From positions 6,386,001 to 6,450,000 of the forward strand of contig CP075495.1 of NCBI GenBank assembly GCA_021613535.1: DNA of 64,000 nt, read 5' to 3'. The notes under the pieces were generated by a model. It had not been told where the DNA came from. It was given only the letters and a program-made list of their open reading frames with translations, and did no database searches. Positions 25,820 through 44,400 of this stretch are shown in pieces. The position numbers and the translations under genes are program-made. This stretch comes from Adineta vaga (Eukaryota; Animalia; Rotifera). The first letter of the stretch is position 1. Every line of letters begins with the position of its first letter.

Positions 25820-26776
25820 CTATTCATTTGATCTACCTAATGTTTTCAAATGTTCAATAAATTCTCGTAATTCTAGCATGGTTTCACTTGGTTGTGCTTT
25901 ATAAATCAATTGATGTTCTTCATCAATAATATATATTCGTACAGGCCATGGTGCATATAATTTTTCGAATAAATTCCCATCTGTTTTATCCATTACAACA
26001 GACATTTCAATATTAAAATCACGAATGAAATCTTTGGTAACTGTTAAACGTTCTTCAATTGTTCGAGTTTGATTGTATTTAACTGGCACACATGTTGGAC
26101 TCCATCGTGCACTACAAATCGGCCATTCATCCTGCGCATGTGCTTCGAGAATATAGACAAAACGAAAATTAATTGATTTACAATAGACTTTGTACAAATC
26201 AGACAATTGAGACATGATGGCTCGTAATGGCGGTCATGAATATGAACCACTGATCAATACAGTTGGTGAAGAAGATTTCAATCCATCAAATAATTGACCT
26301 TCTTGTCCATCGAGTTGAATAATTGGAACATCAGGTGCAACATCACCAACTTGTAAATCACCATCTCTTGCTCGATTATATTTTGTATAAAGTGGAATAT
26401 CTTTTAAATCGGGATAGATTTGTGTTGCACATCTCAAACATAATATTGCATTGTCCATTTCATCGTCAAGATGAAATTCTCGTACAACTTGTTCTTGTAA
26501 TTCATTCACTACATTTAACCACGATGAAGACGAACTTTGTTCAGCTTCACTAAATCGTTTTTGGTATTCATCCGATAGACGTAATTCATTTTCTCGAATT
26601 AACATACGTTTAAGTAAACTTTTTGGAATAAATGATTGTGAACTTTGAATGATCTATTTATTAGAGTATTACAAAATAATCAATGATGATATGTATATAA
26701 GTAAGCTTACATTTGATTTGATCAAATCATCATAAGTAAAATTCGTTCGACCACTGGTTACATGTGCCATACCCAT
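25820..26776 (-). CDS. Iodothyronine deiodinase-like (DI-like) thioredoxin-fold selenoprotein, ~299 aa; Sec encoded by TGA at 26234-26236
   Basis: Exon 1 26776-26711, exon 2 26653-25820. The two track ORFs are in frame, separated by TGA+PPLRAI. Motifs GDVAPD, GSYS-U-PP, FVYILEAHAQDEW, EERL, VMD, YAPWPVRIYII parallel the deiodinase motifs GSCT-U-PPF, YIEEAHxxDGW and YGALPERLY. Confidence 0.88.
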
Positions 26777-27530
26777 TTTGACAAAGTTACTTTTTTTTTG
26801 TTTCTCATCGACTTTTATAGTGAGTACTAGTTGCTTACGTGTGCTGCAATAACATGAATCATTACTGGTTGTAGACGTGACAAAAAGTATCTAAAGAATT
26901 ATGTACCTATATTGTTCTCTGACATTCGTTAGTGAATATCGAATCAAATCACTTATTGTTATCTTTAAAAAAGTTTTTCATACAGATACTTCAATCATAC
27001 GATATGAACTTTTGTTTAGCGATGTAACAATTTTCTCGTTCTCTTCCATTCAAATGAGTTCGTGATATTCATCAATGTTTATATCAAATAAAGACCTTGT
27101 TCAAGAAATTATAATCGATGTGTAAAAGATCATAATCAATATATTTTCCTTGATTGAATATTGAATAAATTTCAAACAACTTTCTCTAACTGAAACATAA
27201 TTAATTGAAATTTTATTTATTTTTCTATTGTATCAAATCAAAGTTCATCTTGAATACGCTCACAAGACAAGACAAACGATATACGAACAATTCTATTTAC
27301 TTCTTCATTCTAAACAATAGACATGTGGCGTTATCTATGATGATCTAAACCTATGAAAAAGAAGGTCAATGAGAAAAGATGTCACTGAAAATTTTCTTTT
27401 TTTTTTCGGGAAGTCATTCATCAATAGAGCAGAATTGTGTTTTTCCATTCGATATATCTTGATAGAGATATTGATAATTGATTGTTTATATTTACATCTC
27501 TCTCGTAGGTTAATGTAAAAGAAAACGAAT

Positions 27531-33413
<5,883 letters not shown>

Positions 33414-33962
33414 AAACACAAAAAGTATATCTTATATAATCTTTTGCAATCAAATAACAAATCTCTGTCTATCTGACTGTATTTTTGTTTTCGTTTACTT
33501 TTCTCTTCATATATATATATATATAATTTAAAATTTCTTTCGTATTTCGCGTCAGATAGACAAACAATTAAACATATATTCAAACGGGCCATATGAATAG
33601 TCAACATTGATCTTGTCTTGTCTGACTTGAAAAGTAAAACAAGAGAAAAAAAATACTAGGAAGTAGAAAAAAATGTGTGTTGAATATGGATTTTTTTCTC
33701 GCTCTCTCTTCTCTTTCTCTTTTGTTGTTTTCTGTCAAGTTCATCTTCATATTTTCGCCTTTTTTGTTTGTTTGCTTTTTCGGGATATTGACACAATCGT
33801 TTCTTGTAGATAGAAATTCTTTATTTGTTTGTGTATGTATGTACGTCCCGTATATGTTGTTCAAGAAGAAATCGGAAAAAAAGGCAAATTTCTTACATAC
33901 TGAAAAACAATAAATTACAAATGAAACTTTTTTTTAAATTTATTTCACAAAAAAAAAACAGT

Positions 33963-35287
33963 TCAAGATAGTGGAATAATTTTCATTTGTTTTAATCGAT
34001 CAAAACATTGAATGTAACTTTGTTTTGTATCCACAGTTGTCGTCCAACCGAATTTTCGAGCTTTAGTCATATCGCCATGATCATCAAATGCTCTACCAAG
34101 AACGAAATCTAGGAAAAAAAGTACTATAGATCAAATAAATGAACATATTCAGCATCATTCACCAATAAAATTCCAAGTTGCATAATCGAAAGCAGATGAA
34201 TCAAGTCGATTATGTTTTACTAATCGATCCCATGTTTCTTTATTTTTTGGCATATAATCAGCAAGTGAAAGTTCTAAGATGCCGATGTTACCTGTTTGAA
34301 TCTCTTCTATTGCATCAAATGTTTGTTCATGTGGTATAAAACCGAAGTATCTAAATTTATAGAAAATAAATTAGAACAAGTAACGAATATTAATACTTTT
34401 CAAAATGTGGCCATAATGTGCAAAATCGTACTTCATCACCATTATGTATATTAAATATTTCATTTTGAATTTCATCATTTGTTGATGACCATATTTGAAA
34501 ACGTGCAGTATTGAGTGCATCTGAATGATCCACAATTGCATTCCATGACACTTCATTGCCGGGAAAAAGTAAGGGATGACCTTTTTCTTTTTGGAGACTG
34601 GCATAGAGAGCAAGACTAACAGCAAAATTCATAAAATTGCCTTTCGATACACCAATGATCACATTCGGTCTTGTAATGATATATTTCCAACTATGTTTTT
34701 CAGCATATTCTTTTATTAGATCTTCTTGTGTATAATAAAAATTAATACCCGCATGACGAGAAGCATCTTCTGAATAAGGACGTGCTGCAAGATATTCACC
34801 ACCTTTATGTACACCATAGTACTAGAAAAATAGTGATGTCTTATATAAAATTCATGAATGAGAATGAAATTCTTACTTTATAACCAGTCTGAAGTGTAAA
34901 ACATTTAATACGTTCACCAGCGACTTTTATCGAAGCATCTAATGCTTTTTGTAGAAGTATTTTATTGCTTTCATCGGATTCTTTTTCATCTTGTTTTTCG
35001 ACATATGTAAAATGATATATATGTGTTATAGTTTCTCCACCTGCTTTAATTAATTCAGCAACAATTTCATTCACGCTAGCTGTAAATATATCAATAGAAA
35101 TGAAATAAATTCGATCATCATCAACATCTAATTGTGTTGACCGCCGTGATATACATATAATTTTACTCCATTCATTTCGTGGTTGTTCAATGAATGCATC
35201 AATCATAGCAGTACCAGATATTCCATTTGCACCCCATACGCAAGCAACGTTTGCTGAAGACGAGGACGACGACGAAGAAGACGCCAT
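33963..35287 (-). CDS. PRISE-type (progesterone 5-beta-reductase/iridoid synthase-like) short-chain dehydrogenase; 3 introns
   Basis: WGANGISG, ISRR, LQTGYKYYG, family signature NFYYTQED, TRPNVIIG, PLLFPG, DMTKARKFGW. Confidence 0.88.
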
Positions 35288-36045
35288 ATTTGTTTATGAG
35301 TATACTCAATAAATTATACGTACTGCTTCATCGTCTTTATCCGCATCTTTCTTTGTTATGCCTCAATAATTTCGCTTTATTCGTTTATGTTTAATTTGTT
35401 CTTTGCTTTGTTGGATACATTTTGATAGGTAAATCTCTTCGAACAAAATGACATCTATGAAACATATATGACAAGTGATGAAAGATGACAATCTTTGACA
35501 TAGATCTACAAATCAGAAAAGTGACATACACTTCGTACTTCAAGTATCAGCATTCATAACTTAACATAAAATCATATATGTGTTACTCGACAGTTGAAGT
35601 CAAATTTCGAGTATTATCCTACTGATTTCATTCAAGAATACTTGTCGCTCAAAGAACATGAAATATATACGTTCAAATTTGATAGTATTCGCACAAATGA
35701 AAATATTTTCAATATTACAACTGGGAAATTCTAAAAGATTTTTGTATATTTATCTTTTCCTTGATTCTCACTAAGGTAAAAAACGTAATATCTGTAAAAA
35801 TAAATCAAAATTATATTTTGTTTGTAATGGAAAACAAAACGATATTCAGTCAGTCCATCGAGCAAAGTACATTCACTGTTTTACGTCTTTTGTCTACACG
35901 ACGATTCGATAAAGATAATCTTTTTTCTTCTTCTCGTTTCTCGTCTATCTGTATCTATCCATATACGTACATATCTCTGGTAGATGAATATATACACACG
36001 ATAAATCATCAGACAGAAGAAAGTGCTCTTTTTTGTCAGTTCACG

Positions 36046-38915
36046 ATGGTTCAAAGTTCGTAAATTCTTTTCATTTATATTCAAAAATCAATATGAACAT
36101 CTACGTTTGTATGAATAGGTCCAATCTTGAATAGAAATAATCATGAGAATGGAATTAAAATCGATGATAAAATCAAACATCGGTTAGAAATATCCGAGCA
36201 TAATGGAGATACAACGAAAATTTCTCCACGTAATAATTTACGTTTATTTCTTTCGTTAACAATTGGTTCACTTGGTGTTATATTCGGTGATATCGGCACA
36301 AGTCCATTGTATGTTGTTAGTACGATATTTGCTGAAAATTTGCATCCTACGCGTGAACAATGTATTGGTGTAATATCATTAATCATTTGGAATTTATTAA
36401 TAGTTGTCACAATTAAATATGCAGTTTTCATTTTGATGGCTGATAATCGTGGTGAAGGTGGAACATTTGCTCTATGTGGTTTATTAACAGGAGAACAGAG
36501 TAAATTGCGTGCTCGTGCTAAACATATCATTAGCATTGTTTCAATTCTTGCTGCTTCATTATTACTTGGTAATTTGAGCAGATTTATTTTGAAAAACTTA
36601 TAAATCTTTTCTTTTCTAAACAATTATTTTAGGCGATGGAGCATTAACACCTGCAATTAGTGTGTTATCAGCTGTTGAAGGCATAGCTACAACTTCAGGA
36701 TCACTAACGAAATGGATTTTACCAATTACAATTTTGCTAATAATTGGTCTATTCTTTGTACAAATGTTTGGAACATCGAAAATTGGTAAAAGAACTTTTT
36801 GACAAACTCTTATAATAGTTTTTTTCTTCTGAATATTAGGTTTAACTTTTGCACCAATTATGATCGTTTGGTTTGCGGTTCTATTCTCTATTGGTATATG
36901 GCGAATTACATTCGATCCAGTCATTTTACGAGCGTTCAATCCATGGGAAGCTATATCTTATTTAATTCGAGAGAAAAAACAAGGATTTCTTCAAATTGGT
37001 ATAAAAGAGAGTTTCCATAATAAGATGTAAAATATATTCTGTTGTAGGTGGAGTCTTCCTTTCTGTCACAGGCCTCGAAGCACTCTATGCTGATCTAGGT
37101 ATGATAGAATTGGACATGAGAAAAGGATAAATGAAAATTGTTTTCCTTCTTTTTCTCTTAGGACATTTTGGACGATGGCCAGTACGAACAAGTTGGTTAT
37201 TTGTTGTTTTACCATCGGTCGTGGCTAATTATCTTGGTCAAGGAGCTTTAATTATGCAATACCCTGAAACAATTACTAATCCATTCTATAATGCTGGTCC
37301 AACATGGGCACGTTGGCCATTGATTGTTTTATCCACTATGGCAACAAGTAAAGTTAATTTTTTTATACACAATCTAGATTCTATTTTAATACTCTTTTGA
37401 AATAATTAGTTATTGCCTCACAGGCAATCATTACAGGTGTTTTTTCATTGATAAGTCAAGCATCTGCTCTTGGCTATTCACCACCGTTACGTGCTATTCA
37501 TACAAATAAAAAAGTAATCGGTCAGATTTATGTTCCAGTAAGATGAATTAAAACTGGAGGATGAATTTATGTCATATTTCTTCTAATTTTTAGGGTATTA
37601 ATTGGATAATTATGCTATTAACATTAGCAATTACTCTCTTTTTTCGTACTAGTGCCAATCTATCACATGCTTGTAGGTGTATGAATATGTATAAAATGAT
37701 AATGATTAGAATTCTTTTTAGATGGTGTTACTGTTTGTTCGGTTATGCTTATCACAACCATACTTTACATGTGTGTAATGCGTTATGTTTGGAATCATCA
37801 CTGGATCTTAGTTCTTCTTTTCGGCATTTTTCTAATCATTGATGTATATTTTCTAGCAGCCAATGCAATCAAATTTTTCGAAGGTTTGTTTAATTAAAGA
37901 GATCATCTAGTTTCTTGTACAGATTCATATCCTAGGTGCTTGGGTTGCTGTCTTAATTGCCATTTTCTTTCTTATCCTTGGCTTTTGTTGGTACTATGGC
38001 CAAGGCATCCTTCGTCAATATCTTCATAATAACGCTCAAACAACTGCTTTGACACAATTAACTCGTCGTCTTGGCATGGATACTTCAGAAGAACCAATAC
38101 TACAAGCAGAAAATCATCCATTACCACATGAGAAAAGTATACCAGTAGAACATCAAACAACAAGCAGTGATGAAGACGATGAACACAGAATAGATCCAGC
38201 AAGTAATATACTTCAACCTATGATTAGTGAAAACGCTTCATCAAAAACTAATCGAATATCATTTATTAATATGAACGATCAAACAGAATTTCATACAAGT
38301 ACAGCAGGAAGTATTGCTTGTACAATTACACCTGGTCTAGGTGTTTTTCTAACAACATCATCAAGACATACACCACACGTATTCGAACGTGTATTGGAAC
38401 GTGTACATGCAGTAAGTTATTTCTGCTTTTTATGCTTTTTGATTTCAAACGATATTTTCTAGCTTCCACAAGTAGTTATTTTTCTTAAAATGGAATATGC
38501 ACGTATACCAATTGTTGATATTAGTCGACGATTGAAAATTCATACTTATGGTTCTGGACAAAGACATATCTATCATATTACAGCATGCTTTGGTTATTCT
38601 GAACATAAAATTCGATTACTTGATATGTATATTGATATAATGCATATTGGAAATCTTTTGTATTAATCATTCTTTTCATTTAGTTTGCAATTAGCTTCTA
38701 CTGAACATAATATTCCAGTTCCTGAAGATCGTAATATAACATTTTATATTCCTTCAATATCAATTCGTGTTAAACGTAAAGGATGGCGCGTATTCTTCAG
38801 TAAACATGTACTAATCATTTATTCAGTTTTGAAAAATATGTTTCCATTCGGTCAAAAAAATGTTCAATTACCACCTGATCAAACAGTTAGTGTTGGAATG
38901 GTTGTACCTCTATGA
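36046..38915 (+). CDS. KUP/HAK/KT family potassium transporter; ~11 introns
   Basis: Signatures [76 protein letters not shown]. Confidence 0.95.
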
Positions 38916-39026
38916 ATATCGTGAACAAAAACGATGTTTTTCTGTATCTTTCTCTTTATTCTTAATCTTTGAATTCTTCTAATCTTTTCTGATATTATTC
39001 TAACGAATAAAGAGTCATTTAATCTT

Positions 39027-39717
39027 TTATACTTGACCACAATCCATAATGACAACATTGGCTGCTGGTGTTCCTTCGTCTGTACCACAACTTTCCATTT
39101 TTTTCACAATATCTTGACCTTGTAAAACACGACCAAAAACAACATGTTTTCCATCAAGCCTAAAATAAAGAATAATTATAATAATAAACGGAAATTCAAC
39201 TTTACCATGGTGTTGGTGCAACAGTAATAAAAAATTGTGAACCATTTGTATTGGGACCTGAGTTTGCCATTGATAATAAAAATGGTACTTCATGTTTTAA
39301 TCGAAAATTTTCATCTGGAAATTTTGCACCATAAATACTTCGACCTAGAAACTATGCGATTATGGATGTCATTGTAGAAATATGTTTACCGCCTGTGCCA
39401 TCACGTAAATCAAAATCACCACCTTGTACCATAAATTGAGGAATGATACGATGAAATGGACAACCACGAAAACCAAAGCCCGGTGCACCTGTACATAGTT
39501 GTCGAAAATTTTCTAAAAAATGAAAACATATATTTATTTTATACTTCGATAATGAAAACAGATTACCTGCTGTTTTTGGTACAATATCAGAGAACAGCTG
39601 AAATAAAACAAATTAATGTAATGAAAATTAAATTAAAGGAGAACAAACCTCAAATAGAATGGCTCCTTGAGGTTGTCCATTTATTGCTACTTTGAAAAAT
39701 ACTTTTGGTCGTTGCAT
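39027..39717 (-). CDS. Cyclophilin-type peptidyl-prolyl cis-trans isomerase
   Basis: Five exons: [63 protein letters not shown]. Confidence 0.95.
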
Positions 39718-40194
39718 GATTCAGCGATATGAACTAGGACACAAAAGTAACGATCGTAAATTTACATTGATGCGCTCTAGTGAGTGTAATAGTCATTTTT
39801 ACAAAGTCAAAGAACATACGAAAGTATAAAAAGTAAGTCATTTGTATACGAATTGATGAGCAAGATATCGATCAGGTCAATGCATATATCTCTATATACA
39901 TATCGATGAACTACTATTTCAAACAAAGATCAGTACACTACTTAGTCAAAAAGCAATTAATCTGATAGTAACTGATTTTTCTACTGAACTCATTCCTATA
40001 ATTATCAAGAGAGTTTCTATAATAATGAAAATCATATTGAAACTGCTGAAAAAAAGATGCGAAGAAGTAGTAATCACAGTTCATAAATGATCCGATGATT
40101 TTCCATTGTTCCGATAGGATTTGTCTTTATTTGTAATTGACTTTCGTTTCTTACCTTTGGCGCTGCTCTATTTATTTGTTTAATTAATGAATCT

Positions 40195-41043
40195 ATGATC
40201 ACAACGTCTCCACAAACATCTAAACATGCTGTACGTCTAAATGTTTATTATTTAACACCTTATCGTTCGCTACATACAATATTCAATGTAATGACATTAG
40301 GTTTATTTACTCCTTGTCATTCAGCTATTGAAATAGATGGTTTCGAATATGCATATTATGGACATCCATTTGATTTTAGTGGTGTCATGTGTGATTTACC
40401 AAATAGAATAGGCATGATGTTAAATTATAGTAAAATCTATGGTTATACATTCTTATCTAAAACAGAACTCGAAATAAGGGCACATGATTTAGGTTTTAAG
40501 GGTACGAAATATAATCTGTTTCAATTCAATTGTAATACATTTGCTGATGCTTTCCTATATCATTTAACAAATAATCGTTTACCTCGATGGATTAATCGAC
40601 CAGAACGGTGTCTGCAACATATGCAATGTATGCAACGATTATTTCATGAAAATGAAGATATTAGCTCGAGAATTATTGTTGCACTGTATATCAAATCAGC
40701 AGGTGATCAAACAATAGTTTTTAATCTTTTGGGAATTGGTAAATAATTAAATCTATTACACATATTTTTATTACAGACAACTTTCTTCTTAGCTAATAAT
40801 GAACGATTAACGACAATTTATGAAGTACTGTTAAAAGATTATATATTTCGTGGAAAAATCCCAAATTTTCATCATTTACGACAATTATCTGATCTTCAAG
40901 TTCAGGATCGTTTAACCCATATTCAAAATGATTTTCATTCCATATTTTCAACAACACAATCGATTACTTTAAATAAAATCTTCGACAATCTTACTTCCCT
41001 TCAACAACAAATTCACCGTTTAGAAAAAATTCAAACATTATGA
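40195..41043 (+). CDS. PPPDE/DeSI family (deSUMOylating/deubiquitinating) peptidase
   Basis: VRLNVY, catalytic H (CHSAIEIDGFEYAY) and C (YNLFQFNCNTF), LPRWINR. Second exon ~40778-41043. Confidence 0.85.
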
Positions 41044-41471
41044 TTGTTTAATTATTGATGTAGACATCGACTTTCTTTTTCTCTTTCAAAGAAGGTTGTT
41101 ACTAAGAAACAAAATTTATAAATGGATTTTTTTTTATTTGATGTCTTGTTATTGACATACGCACAACAAGCAGCTGATTCACTCGTGTAATATGAAATAC
41201 AAATGCTACTGTTATTTCTTTTTCTCTTCATCAGATTCTCCTCAATGCAATCGAATGAGCAGAAGAGGAGAAAAATTTCGTTCTTGAGAATGAATGAAGA
41301 TTATTAAGATGAATCGAGGAGAGGAAAAGAAATTCTTGTCAGGTCGTAGTATTCATCGTTACTTATTTAGACAGACTTTCGATAAGTGTGTTCAATATTA
41401 CTTTCTTATCTATTTCGGTTTGTTGTCCTATGTTATCATTTCTTTAGATTATTTAAATTTAAGACATATCA

Positions 41472-44400
41472 ATGAAGGTTCCTGCAAGAGTAAGTCCATA
41501 TTAAAACAATCGACTTAGTTTCTTATATGGATGATATTTTCAATCAATTTGTAGGTACCATTAACAAGATATACTAATACCGAAGAAAAGAATGATTATG
41601 CCAATTTTAGTCACACAAGAATGAGTAAGAACAATTGATTTATCTTTCATCCTTGAAATTCTATGAATATAACATTTTGAAAAGTAATGTTTACGAATGA
41701 AGCTATACGAATGAAATTGATTTCCTGATTGAATTCTATCTCAATGAAATAATTCATATGAATACACATGACATTTTTACCGATTTATTCGATATTTTTT
41801 GTGATTGGGAGGATTTCGAAAGGATCTAAAATCGAGTCGAGTGATGTTATTTTAAAATAATAAAACGTATTTTTCTTCGATGTTACGTTGTACTTTTCAA
41901 GTATAATCGAAGCAATGTGCATTGTTTTTATTCGTTCAGAAAGAAAATTGATAGAATTTGAAAGTCTGTTGTTTTAATAAAAACCTTTTCTTTTATCAAT
42001 GAAGTTGACCAAATAAACAGAGTGAAGTTACAAATTTAGAAGTAGTAGAGTATGTTTATGTTCAAATAAACAATCATTGATGAAAAACTTGCACTAGAAC
42101 ACTTGCAAATACGAAATTTATTTTAATTCTAAAGGAATTATTAATCATACTCTTCTTTTTTTTTCTAGTTACGTTACTTCAAATACCTCATTATGAACAT
42201 TTACAAATTCTTATTTGTAATGGAAATTCATTAACTACATTAGCTGGTATTGAAAATTTGAAACATTTATGGAAACTGGATGTTGGAAATAATGAAGTAG
42301 CTAATTTTTGCTTTTGAAAATCCAACAAGTACACAGTTCAACTTTTTATTTTTATTTATTTATTAATAATAGATTCGAAGTCTTCAACATTTATCACGTT
42401 TCATAGCATTTGGCTCGTTAATTCTATCGAATAATCATCTAACATGGATTGAATTTCAACATATTCGTCATATGTTTATACTTGATTTGCGCACAGATGG
42501 AAATCCTATTCTGGATTCTGATCCAAATTGTAATAACTAGGAGAAAGATGCTTTCATTGAATTCGTCTTTTTTCTTTGTTTTTATAGATCGTCAACATGT
42601 CTTGGATTGTTTACCTCGAGTTTGGATGTGTGATGGTGTTTTTGTTTCAAGTAAAATCATACAAACACAACTATTGTCGACATATGTATTTGTCGTATTG
42701 TTTTAGCTGTTGAACGTAATCAAGTAGATGAATTCTTTACACAATCTTCATTAACACAGAAACCTGTGGTAAAAGATTTGCTTGAATAGAAAATGTGAAT
42801 TGGAAGATTCTTTCGTTTTGATTTTTAGCGACGGAAATTAGCTCGTGATACATTCATGCCAACGAATTTAAAAGATCGTTCAGTAAATGGTCTATTTGGA
42901 AGCAAAGTATGCAAAATGATATTTAAAAAATTCATTGACAAAGTGTGTTTTTCTAGACCACAGAACTATTAGCAAAATTCCCTTCAAATTCTTTTATTAA
43001 TTCAGGTAGAAGATAACAATCATAGTTAATTTGAATTTTGAGACTATAGGATTCTTCTTTTTGTTCGATTTTAGAACTTGATCAAAAGAGAATAAAACAT
43101 CTAGCTTCGACAATTCAAGATATATTTCTGATAGAAATGAAACATGATATTACAAAGTAAGTCAACTAACTATTCAATCTTGAATATAATTTAATTGTTT
43201 TCACTTAGAAAATACAATGAATTTCTAATAGAAAATCGTCATAATCTCTATCATATGATTGATCTTCGACAAACACATATTGAAGAATTTAATATGCTTC
43301 TCATCTTACTTTTAGTAAGTTTGATATATTGTATCTAAGCAATTGATAATCTTTAAGTTTGAAATAGACTGATCTCTTATTTAAAATTCCAAGTGAATTA
43401 TTAGAAAATATTATGAATATAACACATATTAAAACAATTGGGTATGACAAATGAATACTTTTCATTTATCTTATATTGAGTTTGTCTTAAGGAATTTGAA
43501 TGTATCTCATATCTTTTCGGCAGATGATCAACTGAAATGTTTGATTGCATCACTCGTTCATGCAGGTTCTCGAATTGATCGTGATGAAAATCATGTAAAT
43601 GACAAAAATCTTCTATTTGTATAATGGAAAGATTTTCCTTCTTTTATTTTTATCTATTATTTAGCCATCAGCATTTTATGATAAACTTTTCAATAGTATT
43701 TCGATTGTTCTTACTAATCAAATTCGACAATTATCACCATCGAATACAAATCAAACTTATCAAAATAGTGGATTGTAAGATATATGCATTAGAATATTAT
43801 TGAATTTCTTCTTTCTTTTAGAGTTTCGGAAGCAAAAGCAATGGTTTGTCTTGAAATAATGCAAGTTTTTATCATGTGTCCAATTTTTTATACACTTATT
43901 AATGATCAAAGTATGTTTTAATCTTATAAATCTATTCGATAGAATTAATTTTACTTAGATGTTCATGCCATTTTACGACAAGCATTAGGTCGATCACCTG
44001 CCTATGGAAGTATTCAAGATGTATTACAAAGCTTTGTTGCCGATCAAGTAAAAGATCGAATATTATTGTTTGATTAACTTACTATTTATAATTGCTTTAG
44101 AAAACGGCTGAAGAACAAAAAGATTTATTAAGTCCAATACTTGGTAATATAGTAAAAATGACGATTCGAACATTATCTACGAAACGAATGAAAAAAATCA
44201 AGATACCAACAGCAGCTGTAAATATGAGAGTTGAAAAACAAAAAATTATTCTTAGATAGGGTATTTTGATTAGGAATCACCATTGCGAGTAGAAAGTGTG
44301 AATTCAAATCAACGTTCACAGGAACGAAATACGCCATCACCGAGATCATCACTACGTGGAAATACTAATCGTGTAGCATGTAAGTAATCAAACGTAGTCT

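Noticed and set aside
26234-26236. Reading the TGA as a nonsense mutation (pseudogene) or as the boundary of two genes
   Set aside because: It falls exactly on the deiodinase Sec position, both sides are otherwise intact and in frame, and SECIS-like hairpins follow the real stop.
36141-36939. Antisense ORFs of 160 and 107 aa over the KUP gene (also 23361-23881, 17514-17939, 56630-57079)
   Set aside because: Shadow or alternate-frame ORFs of real coding exons, with no recognisable motifs.
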